From an uncultured Blautia sp. (GTDB taxonomy: Bacteria > Bacillota > Clostridia > Lachnospirales > Lachnospiraceae), in contig CALWHD010000097.1 of NCBI GenBank assembly GCA_944380235.1, positions 28,641 through 92,640 on the forward strand: DNA of 64,000 nucleotides, given 5' to 3'. The stretch's first letter is position 1, and every line of letters starts with the position of its first letter. Of this stretch, positions 50,712 through 59,219 are shown in pieces. The notes beneath the pieces are model-generated. The model was not told the origin of the DNA. It did not search any database and worked only from the letters and a program-made list of their open reading frames with translations. The position numbers and the translations under genes are program-made.

Positions 50712-50864
50712 TTACTCTTCGCTGAAGTATCTCATATGGTAATAGTATCTGTCATCCTTATCATTGACACCGCTTGGTGAAATTCTGGATAATCTCATCA
50801 TATAGTCATGGAATTTATCCTTAAAACTCTTTTTCACTTCTTTTTTATTAACAGCCATGTTCAT
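50712..50864 (-). CDS. Small hypothetical protein, 50 aa (not in the ORF track)
   Basis: MNMAVNKKEVKKSFKDKFHDYMMRLSRISPSGVNDKDDRYYYHMRYFSEE*; AGAGG RBS, own promoter and terminator. Confidence 0.7.
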   Translation of the reverse strand: MNMAVNKKEVKKSFKDKFHDYMMRLSRISPSGVNDKDDRYYYHMRYFSEE

Positions 50865-50915
50865 TTGCCTCTTTTCTTTTTCAAAAATTTATTTATCTTC
50901 TCTTTACAGTCTGTA

Positions 50916-50944
50916 ATCATAGCACTGTTTTTTTCTTTCTGCAA
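50916..50944 (-). promoter_or_regulatory. Sigma-A promoter of the 50-aa ORF
   Basis: TTGCAG-N17-TATGAT with a TGn extension. Confidence 0.6.
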
Positions 50945-51067
50945 GAGACCAGAACATAGTTCTCCCATTTGACTTTTCCTGCTTTTTCACACTGCTGTGG
51001 CAACAGCTAGTTTTTTGTAATTTTCGCACTTTAAAGCGTAAATTTTATGCACTTTTCATATAAAATT

Positions 51068-51298
51068 TCAGTCCTGCCGTACTGCAAGTTCCTCTTCCAT
51101 TTCATCCAGATATTTTTCCCAGATAATACTGTTTTTATGGTGCGGATAATTGTTTACATAATTTTCCAATGTTTCAATACACCTCTCCAGATACTCTGTT
51201 CTCATGTCACAGATTTTTATAAAGTCTCCGTTCACTGTCTCCCATTGAGTATAATCCATTTCATCGGCTTTTAATTCCACATTTTGAAAAATTTTCAT
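51068..51298 (-). CDS. Small hypothetical protein, 76 aa
   Basis: Strong RBS GAGGAGG; fills the gap downstream of the PBP gene. Confidence 0.75.
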   Translation of the reverse strand: MKIFQNVELKADEMDYTQWETVNGDFIKICDMRTEYLERCIETLENYVNNYPHHKNSIIWEKYLDEMEEELAVRQD

Positions 51299-51430
51299 GC
51301 TCCATCCCTCCTCAGCCTCCAGACAACATTCCCCGCAGCGCCTGCTGCCGCGAGCAGGAAAACAGCCCCGCTCCTTTCCCTGTTTGGGGAACTTCCGGAT
51401 CGCAGGCTGTTTTTCGCTGACTGTCTTTAT

Positions 51431-53533
51431 TTAATTTGCCGTCATCTTATTCCAGATTTCCACATCTTTGCTTACTACATAACCACTTCCGCCTCTGTCT
51501 TTCACATCTTCTACCATAGTGAGCATCAGACAGGTGTCTTCATCTGCCGCATCCGTGTTGTAGACTGCAAACCAGCCCAGTTCGGTTCCTGTCTCATCAT
51601 CCTGACTTTCCTTGATCTCAGCTGTACCTGTCTTTCCTGCAAGAACAGCTCCTGTGACTGCGGCCGCCCCGTGTCCGGTGCCTTCAGGATTGCTGACAAC
51701 TTCTTTCATATCCTCATAGAGAATCTGTGCGGCGTCTGCTGAAAAAGCATTCTCAATCCAGTAAGAGGGTGTTTTCCCCTCCTGGTATTCCAGGTAAGGA
51801 GCGATCATATTTCCCTCATTGAAAAATGCGGAATAAATACAGGATAAATGCAGAGGATTTACCAGCATTTCTCCCTGCCCGTATCCGCTGTCTGCCAGCT
51901 GTATCTCCGAATCAATAGTATCCGAATTAGAATAAGAGGAAGAAGTCATTCCGATCTCAAAAGGAATATCCTGGTTAAATCCCAGCTTGTCAAGATACTC
52001 TGTAAAGGTGTCTGCTCCAATCTGAAGAGCAGCCTTTGCAAAATATATATTATCCGAATAGATCAGGGCGTTTTTCAGATTTGCCCCTCCGCTGTACTCA
52101 TGAAGCGTAGTAACTTTATAATCTCCCCAGCTGCTGTCTTTCTGCCATTCCAGTCCGCTGGAACCCAGATCCTGATCTGCTGTAAGCTTTCCTGCTGTAA
52201 GCCCTATAGCTCCTGTCACCGGTTTAAAAGAGGAACCGGGCGCCCAGGTTTCTCTGACTCTGTTGTACATGGGCTGTGCCGGATCATTATTTAAAGCATC
52301 CCACTGCTCCTGTGACAGCCCCAGCACAAAGTCGAGACTGTTATAGGAAGGCGTGGATACCAGAGCAAGCACTTCCCCCGTTTTTGGATTCATTACCACA
52401 GAGCAGCTCTCATCCTCCTGATACGCCTCATAGACCGTTTGCTGCCATTTCGCATCAATAGTCAGCTTAATATCTTCACCGTTTTCCGCAGTTTTCACTG
52501 CCAGAGCTTCTTTTTCACTGCCTTCTGCGTCTTTGATGGAGATTTTATATCCGTCCTGTTCCCTCAGTCGGTCTTCATACAGTTTTTCCAATCCGGTTTT
52601 TCCGATGACACTCTGTTCGTCGTATCCCTCATCTTCCATCTCCTCCAGCTCTTCTGCGTTTATCTGCTGCACATACCCCAGAAGATGAGAAGTACTTTCC
52701 CCATAAGGGTAGACCCGGCTTTCTGTCTCACTGATCATAATTCCCTGACATTCCAGAAGCTTGTCCTCCAGCGTTGCCCCGCTGCTGTTTCCTTCAGCGT
52801 CCGTCCACTGCGTATCCAGCTGTTCCTGTGTCATTTTCTTTAAAGGAACAAAACTGTCCGGCTGCACCCAGGAGGCATCCAGCTGGGATCTGATATCCTC
52901 TTCCGTCATTCCCAGAAGCTCTGCTATTGTCTTTATTGTCTCGTCTGACTGCACTTCCATCTTTCCCGGCACAAGACCTACATAGGGCACGGTTCCCTGA
53001 CCCGCCAGAAGTTCGCCGTTTCTGTCATAAATACTGCCGCGCTGTGCTTCCACAGTCTCCACACTGACTCTGTCAGTACTTTCCAGGCGTGGAAAAATCA
53101 TGGAATCATCCCAGTCAATATGCCATTCTCCGCCTTCTTTTTCAAAGGACGTACTGTTGTCATAAGTATACTGTCCGGCAACAGTGTTCATAGTCACACG
53201 GTAAGAAAGCGGCTGGCTCTTCTCCTGATTTTCCGAAATATCCAGCTGAATATCCGCAGCCTCGATTCCTTCATAAATATTCTTGTTTCTTGTGATGAAA
53301 TCTTCTTTACTGACGGTTTCCTTTGCGCTTTCCGTAAGAAGACTGTACATTTTTTCATAATCGCCTTCTTCAATACAGGCCATATACTCTTTCAGGGCGT
53401 CTTCCCTGGATCCTGCTAACTGCGTAGTATAAAACCATATCCCCGCACCGCCTGCGGCTGCCAGTACGGCAACAGCTGCAACGCTGAGGATTATCTTTGC
53501 TTTCTGGTTTTTCTTTCTTTTCTTCTTTGCCAT
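51431..53533 (-). CDS. Class B penicillin-binding transpeptidase with MecA_N-like domain
   Basis: TM anchor, RGSIYDRNG, RVYPYG, GKTGLE, SxxK (SSFK), SDN, KTGT. Confidence 0.93.
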   Translation of the reverse strand: MAKKKRKKNQKAKIILSVAAVAVLAAAGGAGIWFYTTQLAGSREDALKEYMACIEEGDYEKMYSLLTESAKETVSKEDFITRNKNIYEGIEAADIQLDISENQEKSQPLSYRVTMNTVAGQYTYDNSTSFEKEGGEWHIDWDDSMIFPRLESTDRVSVETVEAQRGSIYDRNGELLAGQGTVPYVGLVPGKMEVQSDETIKTIAELLGMTEEDIRSQLDASWVQPDSFVPLKKMTQEQLDTQWTDAEGNSSGATLEDKLLECQGIMISETESRVYPYGESTSHLLGYVQQINAEELEEMEDEGYDEQSVIGKTGLEKLYEDRLREQDGYKISIKDAEGSEKEALAVKTAENGEDIKLTIDAKWQQTVYEAYQEDESCSVVMNPKTGEVLALVSTPSYNSLDFVLGLSQEQWDALNNDPAQPMYNRVRETWAPGSSFKPVTGAIGLTAGKLTADQDLGSSGLEWQKDSSWGDYKVTTLHEYSGGANLKNALIYSDNIYFAKAALQIGADTFTEYLDKLGFNQDIPFEIGMTSSSYSNSDTIDSEIQLADSGYGQGEMLVNPLHLSCIYSAFFNEGNMIAPYLEYQEGKTPSYWIENAFSADAAQILYEDMKEVVSNPEGTGHGAAAVTGAVLAGKTGTAEIKESQDDETGTELGWFAVYNTDAADEDTCLMLTMVEDVKDRGGSGYVVSKDVEIWNKMTAN

Positions 53534-53631
53534 TTCTGATCATCTCCCCATTTTTGGAACTGTTTCCAGTTACAGAACCCTGCCGTCAGATAGCTTCTTA
53601 CATACCGCAGGACATCCGGATCAGAGCTTTT

Positions 53632-54795
53632 CTATTCTGCGCTTTCTTCCGCAGCCTGTGTCTCTGTGATCACCGCTGTCTCCATCAGCACATCACAGGC
53701 TCTGTTCCAGAGCACGCTGTTCTTGATGATATCCTGATTGGATTCAGAATACATACTCCGCATAGCTTCTGCATCTTCAAAGCCTGACAGCTGAGCAAAT
53801 CTTTCTTCCTCTTCTCTGTACTGCTCTTCTGTCATTTCAATACCTTCCGCATTTAAGATTGCCTGCGTGATCAGGTTCTGGTTCATAAAACTTTCTGCCA
53901 TCTCCTGTACCATCTGATCCGCCTCTTCCTGAGAAATGCCGTTTTCCTCATAGTACTCTTCCAGGGTAAGTCCGGATGGTTCTGCATAGGCCTCTTCCAT
54001 ACGTCTCTCCACATCTTTCTTTGTACTTTCCTGCAGCTCTTCCGGATAGGAATTAATCTTGGAATTCTCCATCACTTTGGAAAACAGATCGGATTTCACC
54101 TGGCTTTCATATTCGCTGTCCGCTGATTTCTGAAGAAGCTCTTTTTGTTCTGTGCGAAACTCTTCTGCACTTGCATAATCTGTATTTTCCTTCACCCAGT
54201 CATCTCCGAATACCGGCGGTTCTGAGATTTTATTGATGATTACCTTAAACTGTACCGGCTTTCCTGCAAGATCAGGATTGTTCTCATATGGGTCCGGAAA
54301 AGTCAGATCCAGTGTCACTTCTTCCCCTTTCTTATGTCCGATCAGCCCATCCTCGAACCCGTCGATAAATCCGCCGGAGCCAATCCTGAGATCTGTGTCC
54401 TCTGCGGATCCCCCGTCAAATTCCTCTCCGTCCATATATCCGGTAAAGTCTATATTTACAGTATCATCTTCCTGTACTGCCCGGTCTTCTGTAACTTCCA
54501 CCGGAGTCTGGTTGATCATTACATTGTGAATGTACTCTTCCAGATATTCATCTGTGATCTCCTGTTTGGGCGCTTCCTCCACTTCCAGATTTTTATATTC
54601 GCCCAGAGTTACATACTCCTCAAGATTCTCTACATCTGCAGCAACCACTTTGCCCTCTGCGTTGGTAAGCACAACTTCTTCTTTCTGTGACTCTGTCTGC
54701 TCTGTCTTTGCTGTATCTTCTTCCTTGTTTCCACATCCTGCCGCCAGCCCAAGAAGGCTCAGAGACAGAAGAATAACTGCTGTTCTTTTCTTCAT
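53632..54795 (-). CDS. Trigger-factor-like FKBP PPIase lipoprotein
   Basis: Lipobox AAGC, LGEYKNLEV, DTVNIDFTG...FDGG...IGSGGFIDGFEDGLIG, LTFPDPY...LAGK, helical C-domain. Confidence 0.88.
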   Translation of the reverse strand: MKKRTAVILLSLSLLGLAAGCGNKEEDTAKTEQTESQKEEVVLTNAEGKVVAADVENLEEYVTLGEYKNLEVEEAPKQEITDEYLEEYIHNVMINQTPVEVTEDRAVQEDDTVNIDFTGYMDGEEFDGGSAEDTDLRIGSGGFIDGFEDGLIGHKKGEEVTLDLTFPDPYENNPDLAGKPVQFKVIINKISEPPVFGDDWVKENTDYASAEEFRTEQKELLQKSADSEYESQVKSDLFSKVMENSKINSYPEELQESTKKDVERRMEEAYAEPSGLTLEEYYEENGISQEEADQMVQEMAESFMNQNLITQAILNAEGIEMTEEQYREEEERFAQLSGFEDAEAMRSMYSESNQDIIKNSVLWNRACDVLMETAVITETQAAEESAE

Positions 54796-54956
54796 ATAGA
54801 TAAATATTCCTCTCTCTAAAATGTCTTATAAAAGCCATTATGCCACATCGCCCGCAAAAAAGGAAGGCTTTCTTCTTTTTTTATTGCCTTTTTACCCAAA
54901 GAATGCTAGAATATTTAAAGTATGAAGTTAGATAGGTACTAGGAGGTTTAACAGAA

Positions 54957-55418
54957 ATGGCTAGTTGGCAAATTCTTCTGATTATTCTGGTCATTCTCAT
55001 CATTGGACTTGTTGTCTTATATTTTCTGGGCAAAAGAGCACAGAAAAAACAGGAAGCACAGCAGGAACAGATGGAAGCTGCAAAGCAGACCATTACCATG
55101 TTGATCATTGACAAGAAACGCCTTCCCATCAAGCAGTCCGGGCTTCCTCAGATGGTCATTGACCAGACGCCCCGCCTGATGAGACGTTCAAAGCTGCCTA
55201 TTGTAAAAGCTAAGATCGGACCCAGGATCATGTCTCTGGTCGCGGATGAATCCGTATTTGATCTGATTCCCGTGAAAAAAGAAGTAAAAGCTGAAGTCAG
55301 CGGTATTTACATCATGGGTGTAAGAGGTATCCGCGGACCACTCACACCGCCGGAGAAAAAACAGGGATTTTTCAAACGTATGCGCGCAAAGGCAATGAAC
55401 ATGACAAAGAAAAGTTAA
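54957..55418 (+). CDS. Hypothetical membrane-anchored protein
   Basis: RBS AGGAGG, N-terminal TM, basic C-terminal domain. Confidence 0.85.
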   Translation: MASWQILLIILVILIIGLVVLYFLGKRAQKKQEAQQEQMEAAKQTITMLIIDKKRLPIKQSGLPQMVIDQTPRLMRRSKLPIVKAKIGPRIMSLVADESVFDLIPVKKEVKAEVSGIYIMGVRGIRGPLTPPEKKQGFFKRMRAKAMNMTKKS

Positions 55419-55430
55419 GGCTGAAAAACA

Positions 55431-55496
55431 AAAGAACTGCTGCAGAGGCAGATGCGTCATAGACATGGCCATCTTCCAAAACAGCGGTTCTTTTTT
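55431..55496. terminator. Bidirectional terminator
   Basis: AAAGAACTGCTG...CAGCGGTTCTTTTTT. Confidence 0.7.
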
Positions 55497-55509
55497 ACTC
55501 TGCGGTCCG

Positions 55510-55962
55510 TTAATTTCTCAGAGAAAAATCTCCTGAATCTTTGGCTTTCACATTCACGCAGATCTGACAGTCTGCCGCATGCTCCGCATTGATCTCCAGA
55601 GCATAGTCGATACAGATGTCCAGAGATTCCTGCTCTTCTTTCACATCAATCCTGGTAGCCGCAATACCCATCTGCAGAGTGCCGAAAGGCGTTGCGTAGT
55701 AAGTCAGGTTCTTCTTATTCTCCTCAAAGATCATCTGCACATTTGCTGCGCCTTTTCGTTTCACTTCCACTGCATGATCCGATATTTTAATCGTATTTTT
55801 CGTCGGTTCCTCAAATCCTTCCATAATCTCGTCAAAGAAAATAAAATGATGCCCGTTCCTGTAATAGTAATCTCCCTTTGCCACCATTTCCACTTCTTCT
55901 GGTTCCTGGATATCTTCAATGTTCTGAAGTCCCTTAATTGTTACAAGCACATCTTTTGTCAT
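55510..55962 (-). CDS. DUF1934 (YwiB-like) protein
   Basis: beta-rich, KRKG...QMIFE...YATPFG motif. Confidence 0.82.
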   Translation of the reverse strand: MTKDVLVTIKGLQNIEDIQEPEEVEMVAKGDYYYRNGHHFIFFDEIMEGFEEPTKNTIKISDHAVEVKRKGAANVQMIFEENKKNLTYYATPFGTLQMGIAATRIDVKEEQESLDICIDYALEINAEHAADCQICVNVKAKDSGDFSLRN

Positions 55963-55963
55963 T

Positions 55964-56785
55964 TCAATACTCCTCAATATTTATCTGCTTTGTCATCTTC
56001 ACATCATAGGGAAGGATAGAATTTGCGAACCGCTGGAAATGCGCCTCTTCATCGCTGACATAAAACCGGTATGGGAATTCTTCCTCTTTCTTCCCTTCTG
56101 CCTCCAGGTCCTGTTCCCTTAAAAGCCTGCCCAAAGCCCTGGCTGTCTCATACGCGGGATTCACCAGAGTCACCTGATCTCCTGCGATTCCCCTTAAAAG
56201 GGACCGGAGAAGAGGATAATGGGTACAGCCCAGGATCAGAGTATCAATGCCCTGTTCCAGCAGAGGATCCAGATAACGCTTTGCCACCTCTACAGTGACA
56301 GGATCCTTCCACCATCCCTCTTCTACCAGGGGAACAAAAAGGGGACACGCCTGCCCGATAACCTGGATATCAGGGTTTATCTCCTGGATAATGGTGCGGT
56401 ACAGATCTGACTTTACCGTGGCGCTTGTACCGATCAGCCCGATTTTATTATTTCTTGTAGTTTCCGCCGCTACTTTGGCTCCTGGCTTCACCACTCCGAT
56501 CATGGGAATATCTGTCTCCTGCTGAATCGTTTCCAGTGCCAGGGCACTTGCAGTATTACACGCCACCACAATGGTCTTTACATTCTGGGTCTTTAAAAAC
56601 CTGACAATCTGCCTGGAATAGCGCAGGACGGTCTCTTTCGATTTGGTGCCGTAGGGAACTCTGGCGGTATCTCCGAAATACACGATACGCTCTCCCGGCA
56701 GGTTCCGCATAATCTCCCTTGCCACAGTCAGACCGCCCACTCCGGAATCAAAAACGCCGATAGGCGCATTTTTTCTGTCATTCAT
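55964..56785 (-). CDS. murI: Glutamate racemase
   Basis: FDSGVGG, PYG, VACNTAS, LGCTHYP. Confidence 0.97.
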   Translation of the reverse strand: MNDRKNAPIGVFDSGVGGLTVAREIMRNLPGERIVYFGDTARVPYGTKSKETVLRYSRQIVRFLKTQNVKTIVVACNTASALALETIQQETDIPMIGVVKPGAKVAAETTRNNKIGLIGTSATVKSDLYRTIIQEINPDIQVIGQACPLFVPLVEEGWWKDPVTVEVAKRYLDPLLEQGIDTLILGCTHYPLLRSLLRGIAGDQVTLVNPAYETARALGRLLREQDLEAEGKKEEEFPYRFYVSDEEAHFQRFANSILPYDVKMTKQINIEEY

Positions 56786-56867
56786 ATATAAACCTCTTAC
56801 TCTGCCGCAAATGCCGCATTTTTTCATCTGTGTTTCATTTTACCCTGATTACAGGGAGATTTTATGT

Positions 56868-57533
56868 TTAAAACCAGCGAAATCCTATCCTGACTTTTTT
56901 CTTTTCCTGTGGACTTTGCATAACTTCCAGAAACTCCTCCTCTGTCAGCACTTTCTTCAGCTCTTCTTTCTTTTCATCCGTCACCACCGCATAAGTATCA
57001 TCGAGAAAACACAGGCTTGGATACAGCACACACCACCAGTTTCTGCCCTGTGCGTCTCCGATCTTCACATTCAAAGCCTCATATTCTCCTGCCGGAAAGG
57101 TACAGTCACCATAAGTTTTCTCCGGAAAATAGGTTCTCTCCACTTCCGCCCGCACCGGATAATCAAAACCATTCTCTTTCACTGTTTTTTCTGCTTCTTC
57201 TTCGATCTGCTCCAGGTGTGTGAGTACGGCCTCCTTTGTTTCCCCCACGGAGGATTCTTCTCCCACCAGGTCCTTCAGGAAAGCCACCACCTGGTTCTTC
57301 ACCTTTAATTTCAGCTCCTGGTCTTTTTGCGTATTGCTGTTTGCTACCACATGAAGCCGGAAGATCTCACCTGCGATTCCCTGCTGTATTTCCCTTTCCA
57401 GACGCGCCTGAAGTTCTTCATTCTCCCGTTTCAGCGTAACCATTCTCACTCCGGTAAGGAATATGGTCCCCGCAAGCCCTATAAGGACTGCTGCAAGAAA
57501 AATTCTTTTATTCTTAAATTCCCCAAATTTCAT
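56868..57533 (-). CDS. spoIIR: Stage II sporulation protein R
   Basis: RLHVVANSN..DQELKLKV, FPEKTYG..FPAGEY, GRNWWCVLYPSLC. Confidence 0.96.
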   Translation of the reverse strand: MKFGEFKNKRIFLAAVLIGLAGTIFLTGVRMVTLKRENEELQARLEREIQQGIAGEIFRLHVVANSNTQKDQELKLKVKNQVVAFLKDLVGEESSVGETKEAVLTHLEQIEEEAEKTVKENGFDYPVRAEVERTYFPEKTYGDCTFPAGEYEALNVKIGDAQGRNWWCVLYPSLCFLDDTYAVVTDEKKEELKKVLTEEEFLEVMQSPQEKKKVRIGFRWF

Positions 57534-57557
57534 ATCTATGTAGCCTCCTGATAAGTT

Positions 57558-59219
57558 CTACCAGGAGTATTGACGGATTTCAGGCCGGTTATTCAGTACT
57601 GTGACCTCCAAAAGTTCCGGCATTTCTTCGCCTCTGTGCCAGGCATTATACAGATCCTGCAGAGTCACTGCGTCTTCTGGCTTTCCTTCCTGTGTATTTT
57701 CCAGGATTCCCGTAAGGTAATTTCCTACAGAATCCCCTTCCTGCCGCTCTACACTCATCAGCTCCTGATTGTCTTTGCAGGAAAAAACATAAATGTTGCC
57801 AGACACCGACGGTTTCTCTTCCAGAAACCCCAGGAATTCCTGCAGCGCTCCGGAATTCTCCAGCAGGCTTTCTCCCAGGATCAGTGCCTTTATATGCCCC
57901 AGATCCAGATAATTTTCCTGGTTTCTGTTAAAGTTTTCCTGGGCATCCTCCGGTGTTTTTCCCTGATATTCCACAGCTTCTTCCTGTCCCTGACTGCTTT
58001 CTTTGTTCTGTCCTGTCACCTGAGAAAGCTGCGGGATCCCATAAATAATACGATAATGTCCGTCTTTGTAATCTGCGCTCATGGAAAGGGGAAACACCCT
58101 TTTTTCCAGAGAGACTCCGCAGGAGGCAAGCAGCGGCAGGAGCAGGCACAAGATTCCCGCAAGAATCATCCCCTTTTTCCTTTTTTCCCTTACAGCGGCA
58201 TACAGGAGCAGCAGGAAAAACAGCGGTGCGTAGATCCTCTCTGTGAGAAAGAAAAACCATTTTTCTGACACCTGCAGCTTTCTGCATACCAGAGCTGCCG
58301 CCGCCACTGCCAGGGCTGCTGCTCCCGCAGTTTTCTCCATTTTGATCCGTACCAGAATCTCATGATTATAAAAAAACACACTGCCCAGAGCAAACAAAAT
58401 GCTGAACATCACTGCGGCAATCCAGAAAATATCCACACGTTCCAGAAAATCTCCGGGGATCCTGACTCCTGCCATCAAATCGAACACAGGGTATTCTTTA
58501 TGTTCATATCCTCCCAGTCCGAAGCTCCCCTGGAGGATCAGGATGCACAGAGACAGGACTCCTCCCAGGAGAGCTGCTGCCCCTGCCATTGCCCGCCCGG
58601 CTTTTCCCGGTCTGCTCACGTTTCCCAGGGCAAACGGCAGAAAGAGAAACGGAATCAGACATGCCAGGACATCCCAGGTTCCCTCTGCCCAGCCCCAAAA
58701 CGTAAGGCTTCCTGTCTCTTCCAGATATCCGTGCCGGACTTTTAAGAGGGCAAGAAACAGCATGCCTCCCAGTATGGTGATAAGCAGTGGAAAGCACACT
58801 TCCCCCATCCTCCCTCTGCGCTCCAGCCCCTGATGACTTCCCAGATAAGCCGCTGCGCCCGCCAGGAGGATTACCGCCCAGGAAACACTGCCCTCTATAA
58901 GAAACCTTTCTGTCACTTCCGCTGTCACCAGAAGAAGCCAGACCCCGGCAAGCCACAGCCAGGACAGATAGCAGAATGCAAAGAAACGTCCTGTAAATTT
59001 CCCAAGATACCTTTCCGGGTCCTGAAAAACAGTTTTTACCCGGATAAAACAAATACTGAGAAACATATAAATTCCTGTACCCGCCATGACGGCAAGGATT
59101 CCCTGCCGCCCTCTTAAACCGGGGACTGCTGGAATCACCAGAAGACAGACTCCCAAAAGCCCTGTGAGTATCTGCCGGAAAAGCTGCCTGTGAGAAATCT
59201 GTGCATTGTCGGCATACAT
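57558..59219 (-). CDS. Spore germination receptor B subunit fused to a Ger(x)C-like N-terminal domain
   Basis: Polytopic N-part with YP..., DFLERVDIF; then LLASC-GVSLEKR...LDLGHIKALILGE typical of GerAC N-termini; start overlaps the gerA stop (TGATG). Confidence 0.82.
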   Translation of the reverse strand: MYADNAQISHRQLFRQILTGLLGVCLLVIPAVPGLRGRQGILAVMAGTGIYMFLSICFIRVKTVFQDPERYLGKFTGRFFAFCYLSWLWLAGVWLLLVTAEVTERFLIEGSVSWAVILLAGAAAYLGSHQGLERRGRMGEVCFPLLITILGGMLFLALLKVRHGYLEETGSLTFWGWAEGTWDVLACLIPFLFLPFALGNVSRPGKAGRAMAGAAALLGGVLSLCILILQGSFGLGGYEHKEYPVFDLMAGVRIPGDFLERVDIFWIAAVMFSILFALGSVFFYNHEILVRIKMEKTAGAAALAVAAAALVCRKLQVSEKWFFFLTERIYAPLFFLLLLYAAVREKRKKGMILAGILCLLLPLLASCGVSLEKRVFPLSMSADYKDGHYRIIYGIPQLSQVTGQNKESSQGQEEAVEYQGKTPEDAQENFNRNQENYLDLGHIKALILGESLLENSGALQEFLGFLEEKPSVSGNIYVFSCKDNQELMSVERQEGDSVGNYLTGILENTQEGKPEDAVTLQDLYNAWHRGEEMPELLEVTVLNNRPEIRQYSW

